Positions 22,044-33,594 of a stretch of DNA of 64,000 nucleotides are shown one piece after another. A program made the translations under genes and the position numbers. Positions within the stretch are counted from its first letter, which is position 1. Every line of letters starts with the position of its first letter. The notes under the pieces were generated by a model, which worked only from the letters and a program-made list of their open reading frames with translations, searched no databases and had not been told where the DNA came from. Source of the stretch: Rhodosorus marinus CCMP1338 (taxonomy: Eukaryota; Plantae; Rhodophyta); contig JAMWBK010000003.1 in the NCBI GenBank assembly GCA_029953675.1, positions 1,240,001 to 1,304,000 of the forward strand. Reading direction: 5' to 3'.

Positions 22044-22517
22044 ATGTCTGCTGAGTCTTCGGGCCCGCGCTCGAATGATCCGGAAACTAAGCGTTTGAAT
22101 AGGAGAAGGCGGAGATTGATTTTGAACAACAAGCGCGAGGGAATCACAGTCGAGTCCCCTGAGTTCACAGCAGGGCCAGAGACGACAGAGGTGAGCACAA
22201 CATATGGCAATCGGTTAACGCGCCATAAACGCTGCTTCCCTTCCCTTCCTACTCGTGAAGCGGGACTTCCCGGTCCAGGTCAGGGTCAAGCGTAAAGGCT
22301 GATCTCGTTGTTTCTGGGGCTTCACTTGCCTCAGGTCTCAGAAAGAACACTCAAAATAAGAGAAAGCGCGAATACAGCGCGGCAGAAGGCCAGGGAAAAA
22401 ATGAGGAGACTGGAACGGGAGAACGAGGAGCTCGAGGTCAGAGCGTCGAACCTCAGACTGGAAAACTTTGCGCTGGAACAGGAGATCTTGCTTCTGCAAC
22501 GTGGGACAAGCCACTAA
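22044..22517 (+). CDS. bZIP-domain protein with a non-canonical basic region; exons 22044-22190, probable micro-exon 22261-22278, 22335-22517
   Basis: KIRESANTARQKAREKMRRL followed by five heptad leucines (L-ERENEE-L-EVRASN-L-RLENFA-L-EQEILL-L). Phase-0 GT-AG junctions. Confidence 0.75.
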
Positions 22518-25500
22518 AGCATGCCGGATTACTTCATGTTGATCTTCAATGGAGACCATAAGAAACCGCCGCAACGCTCCATTTGTGAGTTTCAGAAAGT
22601 AGGAATGTAATTATTGTCAACTGCCTATGTCTATTGTTATTCTCTGCAAATAGGACTATGTCGCAATACGTTGGAACCTCTGTAAAACGACTAAGAACAC
22701 TGTTCTTTAGCAAATAACCGCAGTTGAATCGTGCTTTGCGTTCTCAGTCTCGGACTTCGAGACATACCGGTAGTCTGCGCTCTTAGAATCTTGCTCCCTC
22801 CTACCATAGGGTGCCTGGCTTCGCGGAATTGTTGTTATGCGAGGGCCTAGGCGGGCTCTTGCCTTGAGAGGTTCATTGAAGATGAATTCTTTTGTTTGGT
22901 TCGATTCGGGTGAGCTGGCACTGGGACAGGAAGGACTGCCCTAGCTACGGAAGGACTTCTCGAAACTGCTTGCTCATAGTGCGGTGGAGATTTGCGGCTA
23001 TTATCGATCGCACCCAGTAGATTTGGGAACCTTCACCTCGCGATGATACCATTCTTCGTACTTCGGTCAAACTGCGGAGGTACACCCCCCGTGGACATGA
23101 GGCACCTTCGGCACTAAAAACATGATGACTAAGCAGTAAATTCAAGCTAGAACTCTTCCCAATCATCGATAACCCCAAAAGAATTAGTTGCGACAACAAT
23201 CGACCCCGGCTCCGCCCCCCTCCCTCAAAAAAAAAAAAATACTTTTCCGTGAAAGAGCAACCGCTCCATCTCTCGGGATTCAACCACTCATGTTGCGCCA
23301 TATGTTACACTTCTTCCAGCCAACCAATAGTGTCTGTTCATTTCTGTCGACTTGCCCGATGTCGCCTCAGAGCTTGAATAAATTACTTCTTTTTTACTTG
23401 GAAGACACTGCCTTGCGCAACCATTTTGGCTTGGAGATTCAATTATGTTAGTAAATCAAATCAGAGTCAAGGACATAAACAATTGTCAAACGACAGCAGG
23501 AGACAAAAGAACCGCTTCCTGGGATATCACACCTTTTAATTATCGGGTACTTTGGAGACTCGGCCGGTTGGAGGAGGGATTAGTTCTTCCGCTAGCGGGT
23601 TGATCATGTTTTGCTTGCGATGGGTTTCCTTTCAGCCGCGCTGATCGCAAAATCGAGTTCTGATAGGGAATTCAGCCATTTCCACGAAATTCGAGCAGGT
23701 CTGGTGGCCCCGCGCCGAGGCGGAATATTGAGACAAGGACAATTGCAAGGAAAAGTACATTTATCAGGGAGAAATTGCTCCCAGAGTACTAAACTACTGA
23801 AGACGCATGATACGTGCTTCAACCGAGAATGCGGCGTTCATGTGCCGCACCTGCAGCTCACAGCCGTGCCCAGGGCGGAACGCACAGCCAGGCACTCAAG
23901 GAAGCAGTCTTTGAGCCGAGCACCTCCCTGAATATTGAAAAGGCGTTGTTAAGAGGCATCTCTTGCAAAAGCCTCTCAAACCGTCTCTTCTCGCTTCCGC
24001 AAGAGCGGTCCACGTCCTGTAGCGAGATAATAGTTGATCTGGTACATAATATAGTTCACTGTTGTCTTAGAATAAAAACATTAGCCCATGGTTTTACTAG
24101 TTTTCGTTCAAGCCCTCTCAGATTCGTTGGTCATGAGGACTGGAACCTCTTAATACCTGAATCGAGTGAAGTTGGGCAAAGCCCTTAAAAAACCCCTTCA
24201 GACTAAACAAAACGATATCGCTGGCTTCTTTGTTCAATCAAAATATTCTCTCGTGGCAAATGGAAAAACCTGGCAAAAAACTTGTTATTCAAAAGCCGCT
24301 AAGCACCGACCTTTCTCACCCGAACCATACAAGATTAAAACCCTCTTCCCCGCTCGTCATTCGGAAGGTCTTCGCGTTGGAGCGAGAGGTCTAAGCAACG
24401 TTCGGTCACTCTTCTCAAAGTAGTAAGGCTCTGCGAAAACCAGGATTTCTTTGATTGAAAAAAAAATGACCCCCAACAGAGCTATTGACTGAAACAGTTC
24501 GTCATCGGGGGCTATTTTATGCATCCTTTTTTTGTGGAGTTGCTGTTACTACGTAGGCGATGCTGGGACACTCACGGGACGGAAGGCGCGACAAGGACTG
24601 GATACGTATGGAGGGATGCGTTCAATTCAATTGTGCTGACCCTAACCAGCTCAGCAACCTCTGTGTTTGGGGTTAGTTGATAGAATTAGTGTTGCGCTGC
24701 ATTAGGCAGTTGCCGAGTAAAGTTTACAGTTACAGGTATGGTGACTTCCATTCCTTTTCGCGGAAGCTGTATGTGCGGCGGCTTCTCTATTACGATAGTA
24801 TCGACCGGCTATATTTAAGTCGGTTTCATGTTGGTTTTCATGTATTCGATGGTGTTGAAAAAGACGGCACTTCATGCTTTTCCCTAAGACTTTCATTCCA
24901 GGTTGGTTTTCTTATAAATGGAAAAGACCGCATATTGTACTTTTCCAAAACTTCCTCAATGGGCGTTTATCAGGGCCTACGGCCCAGTGCGTTCAAACGT
25001 TTTTACATCTTGATTTCCCGGAACTTCTTCGTTCATTCCCTCCTTTTACTGCACTGACGGTTTGCGGAGAAAGAGTTGAACATCAATTTCCGGTTCTGCA
25101 GTCTGAAGAGGCTGCATTCTGGAGGAAATGTCGGAATTGGGGAGAGGTGACTTACAGCAGCCTTTTTATTTGCGTCGCTTTGTATTCCGCACGGCCACGC
25201 TCTCATCCCTCTCTTGTAGATTGGAACTCTAGGTCCTTGAAAACAGCTATCTCCATCACACTTATCGTTTATGAGTCTTCGTGATCACTTTAAGCAATCA
25301 AACCTCTCGCTACGTAGTAGGGTTGCCCTGAAGCCGCTATTCTTTAATGGATCGTTCAAAAAAAATAAACAGCAAAGTTTATAGTTGTGGCTTCAGGGAA
25401 CGTAAGTGCCTCGCATCGTAAGTCGTTCTGCAAAGCCACACAACGTAACCATTTTCCTCGTACTCACAAACCCATCGAAGATCCGCCTTTGAGGGCGCGA

Positions 25501-26757
25501 AGTATTTCTCTTCAATTAGTTCTTCACACCAACATGTACTCTCCCTGTGTGAGAGCGTAGCACTTTCCCACGTCGAATAGTTGGCAAACTATAGGAATCA
25601 CGGTCTCCCGTTTAACCGTTTCTTCAAGTGGGCTTGTTTCATGTGTTAAACGTGCCATCTCGCGAGCGAGGTTTCGGCACACAAAATCGTTCGTTCCTCC
25701 TCTGGCCTCCACCAGAAGCAGAAGCCACTTCAGCCAAAACCGGTAGCACTGGATGCTGACCTACGGTAGACCGGAAGGTCAGATTCGCTCGATGGCGCAC
25801 CTGCAGCGGAGTACTGCACTGCACATCTCAACGAACAGGACACTAGCAACCCTGGGAGACAACGCTCATTTCCTCTTTGCTCTGATTGATAGCAACCAAG
25901 GTAGCCAGATTGCTGGTCGTGTACAGTTCTACGTCAGGCTACAAATACCACTACCACCAAAGAATTTCTCTACCAAAGCGATGCCTAACAACTGAAGACG
26001 CAGCCCCGCTTGCCTCTCACCGCGAACAGTAGTTTTCCCATGCACCCGCTCCAAAACCCGCAATCTCCGCTACGCCCGACCGTTCCAAAACAAATATTCG
26101 GACAGCCTGTTGAGCATTACTTTCAAAACCCTAATTTGACGTCCACTTCTCACATTTCGAGGATTTTTGACCCCCACAAACATTAGAATTGCAATAAAAC
26201 GATTTTCCATCGAGTGGCAGTTCTCAGCACAGTCTCGGTTGGCTCGCACGTTGCCAAAACGTCGCTCTTCACTCTAACGACTGGTGCCGACCTGCAAGCT
26301 GTGCCCCATGTATATTCTCGTGTTACATTAGAAGGATACTCACGAGGGCGCCTTTTGCCGAGTGGAAGACGATTCATAAACTCGTGGCTCGCTCATTACT
26401 AGAGGGATTCCTCCTCCGCAGTGTGGCAACGTTGCTCACGCTGCGTAAGATCTTACTTAGAAAAAGTGGGTCCGCAATGCCCAGGTAGACGTGGTAGACC
26501 TCAAGCCGATTGAGACCCGAGAACAAGCGCTAGAACCGAGATTGGCTTGCTCACCTCTTCTAACCCCGTCAACCTCCCACGGTATGGACGAGGCGGATGA
26601 TAGTGATCATTGAAAGGAAGCGCTGGGAAGACAAAAAACTTTTGCGATTGGAATAGGAACGAACCTCTCGAGGCTGTTTTTCGTCTGGGACAAGCTCGAG
26701 ATACATAGGCTTTTATCTAAATTGCAGTTGACCAGAAACACGGTAGAGGGAGGATCG

Positions 26758-28590
26758 ATGACTGCCTTTGTGCCAGTGTTGCAAGTGATCAGTAGAAATA
26801 GGCACTTGGGAGCGGAGCAACTCAGGGAGAATTTGAACTACGCAGAGGGTGTGAGCAATAGGAGGAGGGGGCAAGTTCAGTGTGCGAGCGAAAATTCTTG
26901 GCTGCAGAGGAGAAGAAAGAGGAGGAGTTTAGAGAAAAGATCTGAAACTAAGGTTGCCGTTTGTGGAGGAGGCAGTTTTGGTACTGCGATTGCCTTCCTG
27001 TTGGCGAATAACGGATACCCTGTTCAGATACTCGTAAGCACATGGATCCGCGTCTGTCTTGTGCAATTCGTATGGACTTCTTCGCACGGTCCCGTTTTCT
27101 ATGCTTAATCGTTCGCGCTTGTCTTGTGACACGTTAATAGGTCAGAAAGACTTGGGTTCGAGATGAGATCAACGTCGAAAGGCGCAATCCAAAGTACTTC
27201 ACAGAATTTGTCTTGCCCGATAATGTCACGGTAATTTCTCCCGCCACAGCGGGTCATGACAAATGACAGGTTTGCACAATACGGAGTTGTGCTAATTGCC
27301 GGTTTGGACTTTTCTGTTTCAGGCAACAATTGATGCCGAGGAAGCCCTGACCGATGCAAAGCTGATAGTCCACGCTGTCCCTGTTCAGCAGTCGCGCAGT
27401 TTCTTCGAAGCCAATACCGAGTACTTCCCAGCTGATGCTCCCGTTCTATGCACGTCGAAAGGACTTGAAGTTACCTCCCTCAAGTTCATGTGTGAGCTTC
27501 TGCCAGAGCTGGTAAGAGATCGTTCACCAGAAGTGGCGGACTCGACATTGATTATGCTCAGCTTTCGCTTCTTTTGCCGGAACTACTCTTGCAATAGCTC
27601 CCACGAACCAAATCATTTGCGTATCTGTCCGGGCCGAGCTTTGCCAGGGAGATGATGGATCAGCTACCCACTGCTGTGGTCGTCGCGTCAGATGATGTCG
27701 ATCTAGCCCTTCGAATCGCGGATATGATGTCGTCCCCATTTTTCAAGGTAGGGATTCGTGGCCAAAGATTATGACAGCGCCTAGGTGCAGCACGAGCACA
27801 CCTGGTCGGACGAGCAAGCCGCTGATCCCTTCGAAACGAATTTTGAAGGTTTTTACATCAAGTGATACGATCGGTGTTGAAGTCGCTGGTGCGGTGAAGA
27901 ATGTCATCGCCATCGCCGCGGGAATTTGCGAGGGGCTAGGGTTGGGTACCAACTCTATGGCCGCTTTGGTGACGAGGGGCTGCTCTGAGGTGGGCGCTGC
28001 CGTTCATTTCAGTGTCTCACGGTGAAATCCACTCGAATTGAGAGACGAGCGCTGAGAAAGTGGTATTTGTCCTATCCAATCCCTCTTGGCTGCTTTTTGG
28101 AATCTAGATGCGCCGTCTCGCTCTCAACATGGGAGCTTCGCCGATAACCTTAAGCGGCTTGTCTGGCGTGGGAGATACGTTTCTCACTTGCTTTGGCCCC
28201 CTTTCTAGAAATCGAAACGTTGGTGTCAGACTCGGAAAAGGCGAAACGTTGGACAGTATACTTTCGTCGTCGAGACAGGTGAGGCCCACAGTAGATGATT
28301 GCTTTCTCAGTCATTGGGACTTTGTTTAAGCGATTTGCCGACTCCCCACCGGGTGCGTTTTTGCTAAGGTTGCTGAGGGCGTCACGACTGCCGAAGCTCT
28401 GGTAGGAATGTTACTGAATCAGTACAACGGAGTCTCACAGCAAGACAACAAGGAGATTAACGTCTACGCAACGCGCGCAGCTGCTCGATATCCGATTCTC
28501 TTTGGCGTGAGGGCTATTCTGGAAGGACGAATTACTCCTCAGGAGGGAGTTGAAGCACTTCTCGCAATGCCCCCAAGAGAGGAAAACTAA
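26758..28590 (+). CDS. GPDH: NAD(P)+-dependent glycerol-3-phosphate dehydrogenase (GpsA type), probably plastid-targeted; 7 exons (26758-27033, 27141-27230, 27323-27511, 27598-27747, 27849-27989, 28108-28278, 28369-28590)
   Basis: Motifs [40 protein letters not shown]...SRNR and VAEGVTT. All exons join in phase 0. N-terminal MTAFV extension of about 60 aa. Confidence 0.93.
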
Positions 28591-29273
28591 CGTAATTATC
28601 AAGAGCAATCCCCCTCATACGGGGGTTAATAAAGTGTTTGGATCTCTTCCAGCTTAATCCGCCGCATTTGAAGGAAGTAAGGAATGCGCGGAGCAACCGT
28701 CCAGTTAGAAAACAGTTCACAGCCCACGGATAGCACTTGCGGTTCACCAAAGAACTGTGCGAACGCTTACCGAGATGTTTCGAGGAGGTATTGACCAGCT
28801 CAAAACATTGAATGCCTTGCTCTTGAGGACTGCCTCGCTGAAACGTGCAGAAAGAGAAACAGGAATATCAGTACCATGCGCTGGGGTAGTCAGGGTAAGT
28901 GGGTTTTGGCTGAATCAATGCAACTCTTCCGAGTTCATCAAGATATCATCGCAGCGGGTAATGAGAGAAGCTCGCACGGGGAACTGGTACTAGAAGAGAG
29001 GCCTTTCAGAAAGTTCTTGAGTGTCGTGTGCTCGCTGTAGGGGAATACTGTGGGACGCGAGATCCGCCTTTTTACAAAAAGTAACCTTTACTTTTCTATC
29101 CTTCCCTCGTAGGCGGCTAGTAACAGCTAGTATAAAGCATGAAATTTCCATGCAAACAAACGTAGCCTAGATTTATAAAACATGCGGTCATCTCACACCG
29201 ACCAAAAAAATTTAACGCTCTCCGCGTTCTGCGTTTCCGCTTTCAAATAACATCGAACAAGGACGCAGTGAAG

Positions 29274-30590
29274 TTAGGATATTACGCAGCATCCTCTCTT
29301 CTCCTTCACAGCTGTTTCTGGTGCGGCCGCCGGCGCAGCATCCGTCTCCGTAGGATAGTTTTTCGGGTCCGGTTTTCCTTCAACGCGGAAAAGAAGAAAG
29401 CGGGTGTCCTACAAGTCAGCTAACCTAGCGCCTAGGTCTTCCTAGTTCAAGAGAGGAAGGCAAAGCGATCGCGGCATACCTTTGACGCTTCGAAAGTTGA
29501 CCTCATTCCCACCCTCCCCGGTGAGGGGATGGACTTTGCTGACTCTCCACACCCCGTCGACGATGAACTTGAATTCGTGGTCACCAATCGGTACAGGTGT
29601 TACGACAGACCAGAATCCACTGACTGCAACACGGGAAACGTGACAGCGGATTAAAAAAAAATTATCGGAATGGACTGATCAGAAATTTCAACGGCTTCGA
29701 TATTGCGTGATATGCACGACAGAAACGTCCTGCAACTAAATTGGAAGTCCATGAGCCGTACCGCCTTCGCAGTACATCTGTATAGGCAGAAAGTTGTTCC
29801 AATCTCCGCACAGCTTCACGTCACGAGCTGCTCCCTCCGGCCAGACAAACTCTGTCTGCACGAGAAGTATGTCCTCGGTGTTGTCATCCCCTATTGCGGT
29901 CATTGGATCCATTTCCGCTGAATCAACTTCGGACAGAAAGCGATGGAAACAGGAAGGTCAGCGCAAACATACAACTAAGCTAGGCTGGAAGTACGCACCT
30001 CCAGCAGCTGTAGCAGCCTTTCCCTCCGCGATGATATCCGCCATCCCTTCGTCTTTCTCCTCAACGGCTTCTATCGAATGGAACGCATTTTTCTGTTAGA
30101 AATCAAGCAACCAGTCGCGTGAACTCCAACTGTTTTCGTTCGGACCAGTCCTACCGCTGAGATCGGCTGGGGGGGGCAAATCCTCAACAACCGGCTGTGG
30201 GGCAACTTTTCCTTCAGCAACATCATGGACCTCGGCCATCGTTCCTTCCTCCTCTGTCACAGCCTCCAAATACGCCTCAGGAGCAACATCGGAAGTTTCT
30301 ACAGGATTTTTTTCTATGTTATCCACCGCTGAAGGCTCAACCACGGCGGGAACCACCTCATCCGCCACTTCCACAGTGTCAGCCACCACTTCCTCCATTG
30401 GCCCATCGTTCACCTGTTTCAGAGCCTCTATACCAGCGGAAGATTCTTGCGCGACAGCAGCGTCGACGTCCACTGGTTCAAAGGCCTCTACGACTGGAGG
30501 TTCTTCCACAGGCGCAACCACTTCCTCTTCCATCACCTCCGTAGTATGCACTACTTCCACGACGGGGGCAGCCTCCACTTCCGCCTCCAT
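29274..30590 (-). CDS. Acidic V/E/A-rich protein with a CBM48 (AMPK-beta-like glucan-binding) domain and C-terminal CaaX; exons 30590-30155, 30070-29999, 29917-29762, 29623-29480, 29377-29274
   Basis: TEFVWPEGAARDVKLCGDWNNF...FWSVVTPVPIGDHEFKFIVDGVW. All junctions are phase-1 GT-AG and sum to 912 nt. Ends KEKRGCCVIS*. The start may lie in an upstream exon. Confidence 0.8.
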
Positions 30591-31492
30591 GTAAACCTCC
30601 TTTACCGACGCACCAAACAAATGAACCAGAACCGTTCCTTTCAGTCAGCAAGATACCCCAGAAAGAAATTGCTTCTCCGAGCTCAATCTACTTCCTGTCA
30701 AACTTCAGAAACGTTTACAATCACGAAACTGTTCTTGCCCGCCCCCCGCCCCCAAAAAAACAAAGGTTCAAGACCCCTTCTAAACAGTATGCTTCGAATT
30801 GCCCCGATCAAAGGACTTCCGCAGACACTCTCGTCAGCTGCTCCCTAGTAGCTCCTTCATAATCCCCTTTTCCCACTCCTCGAAACCCCACAAACTCCGC
30901 AACAGAGCCCAACACCAACAAAAGATACAAAACGACAACCCCTTATTGAAATACCTCAGCAAAAGATAATTTATCTTTCAAAAGAAAAATAGACCGAACG
31001 CAGATTAAACCTTCCCGCAGGAAACCCCCCATACCATATTGAAATCAATGAACGCAATCAGATTTGGGTGTTTTTTAAAAAATCGTCGTTCTGAAATAGG
31101 ACAGTCTGTTAGAAAAAAAAGATAATTTTAAATAAATAGAATTCCAATTGACATGACAGACTGCCACTTTCGAGAATCGAGTTTCATGCTTTTTTGGCGG
31201 TCGAAGGATATCAAACACCCCGAAATCATCGACTAGACCAACACCAACAAGTCAAGGGCGATGCGCTTTATGTCACTGGCGGTCATGGCCGTGATGAGCG
31301 TGAAAGTCTGTTAGCAAACGAGCAAGAGCGACGCGTACACGGTATTGGAATTGCTCGGGGAGCCAAGATCGCAGTTGCGGTAAGTTCAATTTATTCTCTT
31401 CCAATTCTCGATCGCGGAAAAGGGATCGTCATTCAATAGAAGGTGGAAAATTCTTGGTTTCGCTTGGCTTCAGCATTCTAAGCACATTTCTG

Positions 31493-32236
31493 TTACAAGG
31501 GAGTGGGCATGGAGTCGGGCAAAGGCGTATTTGGATCTTCCTGTACTTTTTCGAGCACAAATGAAAGCTCCGAGAGCTTTGATCTCAATGACCTCCTGCC
31601 CCAGTGCGTATCTTCCTCACAAAGCTTCCCCTCCAGTTTGGACATTCGTTCCCGAATGGCTCTTATTTTCCGGTATGGCCATCGAGATATACCCGCCCGC
31701 CGGCAACGGCGTTTCAATAGTGTGACCGAGATTCGGAGTCTTCTCGCGGCTTCGGCTCTAGGCAGATGAAAGTAATCCCTGAGGTAGCCGTACTTGGGAA
31801 CCGACCAACCGGCACCCGCTTTCACTTCCCGATGATCGCAGTCCACTTGATGCATGGTATTGGCAGCCTGCGGCTGCGTTGTAAACCCAGTCGAGCCCGT
31901 CGACCTCATCTGGTCGTTCGAGAAATCATCCACACTAAGGGATTCGAGCGTCGACCCACCGTTCGGGATTTGGTTGAACAGAACTTCCCAGAAGGATTCA
32001 GTTTTCTGAATGACGGGGTCGCGATCATCGAGCAAGCAGCCTGATGACAACGAAAACTCCTCGGCGATTGATGTATCTGACGTCTGATCAGAATCGACGA
32101 GTTGATTGTTCAAGTCTGTTTCGATAATGCCATATGCCTCTTGGAAGGACCCGTCTCGTTCACAGAGGAAACCGAATACATCTGCGTCCTTGCACGCCGC
32201 TTCAGCGGGAGGGAAACTGTAATCAAGGAAGCTCAT
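31493..32236 (-). CDS. RWP-RK domain transcription factor (RKD-like, single exon)
   Basis: YFHLPRAEAARRLRISVTLLKRRCRRAGISRWPYRKI with an acidic N-terminal region. Confidence 0.9.
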   Translation of the reverse strand: MSFLDYSFPPAEAACKDADVFGFLCERDGSFQEAYGIIETDLNNQLVDSDQTSDTSIAEEFSLSSGCLLDDRDPVIQKTESFWEVLFNQIPNGGSTLESLSVDDFSNDQMRSTGSTGFTTQPQAANTMHQVDCDHREVKAGAGWSVPKYGYLRDYFHLPRAEAARRLRISVTLLKRRCRRAGISRWPYRKIRAIRERMSKLEGKLCEEDTHWGRRSLRSKLSELSFVLEKVQEDPNTPLPDSMPTPL

Positions 32237-33594
32237 ACCCTACAACAAGCCCAGTTCAATTCAATTCCCTTTCAGAAATTACTGTTGTGACGTCGCTCAC
32301 AAGCTTTTCGATTCTCTCTGACTATGGCAAACGGTCGCCGCAGTTCCCCAGGTTCGTTCTGTTCACAACCCTTTACCAGTCGCGAACTCTATCATGGCTG
32401 GGCTTGCGGCTGGTGTTATAAATGTTTACGGGATAATCGCAACAGCGATGAAGCATACAGCGGGGCTGACGCCCTGCCACTTCATTCCCTTGAACTATGC
32501 ACTCCAGCAGTAGTATTGCGGAAACAGCAAATTCCATAGTCCGTTGAAGGCTGCTGAGCAGATTACACGGGTTGTTGTTTCCCAAGAGGAAACCCCGCTG
32601 CGTGATCTGCTTGACTGTTGACGGAGGTGGCTTTCCCCTTTTAGAAACCAACGTATTAAAAAAAAGCCCCGCCAGGTGGAAAATTCAGAGCTATAAACGA
32701 AGGGAAGGACCGTTTTCCAAACAGCAGGCACTGCAAGTTTTGTTGAACTGACAGGGAAACGAGCACCCGTTCGGCCGACCAAGGGCTTGTGACCTGAATT
32801 CGGCATCATAATCGAAAGTACTGAGCGTCCTGTCAAAGCGCTTCTCTGCCGCAGACATCGTTTGGTCTTTTTTTTTTCTGGTTTCCCGATAGACCCATTG
32901 CATTAGTTCACTCATTAGTGTCAGAAGTGCTCCTGGCATTGATGCTCTGGCATTCTTTGATGAGCTAGTGGCGACCCGAAAACATCTACTCTGGCGTTGG
33001 GTAAGGTGTTGTCTGTCCATTCCCGAACCTGGCTTTCCTAGGTCGGCGGATCGGTGATTATTTTTAACGCACGAGTGCTATTATTAGACAATGACTTGTG
33101 AAGTGAAATTCATCCGCCCTACCAATACTAGCATTGGTATACCCTGCACACGTTCCGGGAAGCGGCCTTTGGACCTGCCAACAGTTCAACATGATCACTA
33201 TTCTTCTGCCTTTCCGCGGTTCATTCTTATTAAAAAGCTGTCAGAATGCTCTTAGACATGCGGGAGCGAGATTCAACTGACAATGTACTCATGGTCGATT
33301 CTCACTGCTTGGGAATTCCGTTTGCAATGAGAAGACCCGAACCATCACCCCCTCGGCTGCAAGCAATGTTGTTTTTCTTTTAGGAATGCATTCACAGAAA
33401 ATTGAAAAAATAAAAAAACAGGGCAGCCGTTGAAAGGGTTTTGCAAGGCTTTGTTGCCAATCAACGTCGAGGTTGGGGATTTTTTTTGAAACATAAACGA
33501 ATAGAGCGAATACTTTCAAGGAATGGGGATGGTGTAAATTGTGCGCGCGAGTCGTTTGTATTTACTGATAATTCATAGCTCGAATTCGATCTCT

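Noticed and set aside
24700-25050. Possible Ty1/copia RT relic (IEEVLEKYNM; DLNIAGRYYR...HTASAKR) on the minus strand
   Set aside because: Similarity is marginal, needs several frameshifts, and no YVDD motif or LTRs are visible.
25318-25854. MITE bounded by TAGGGTTGC / GCAACCCTG
   Set aside because: No 8-bp TSD and no second copy in the window.
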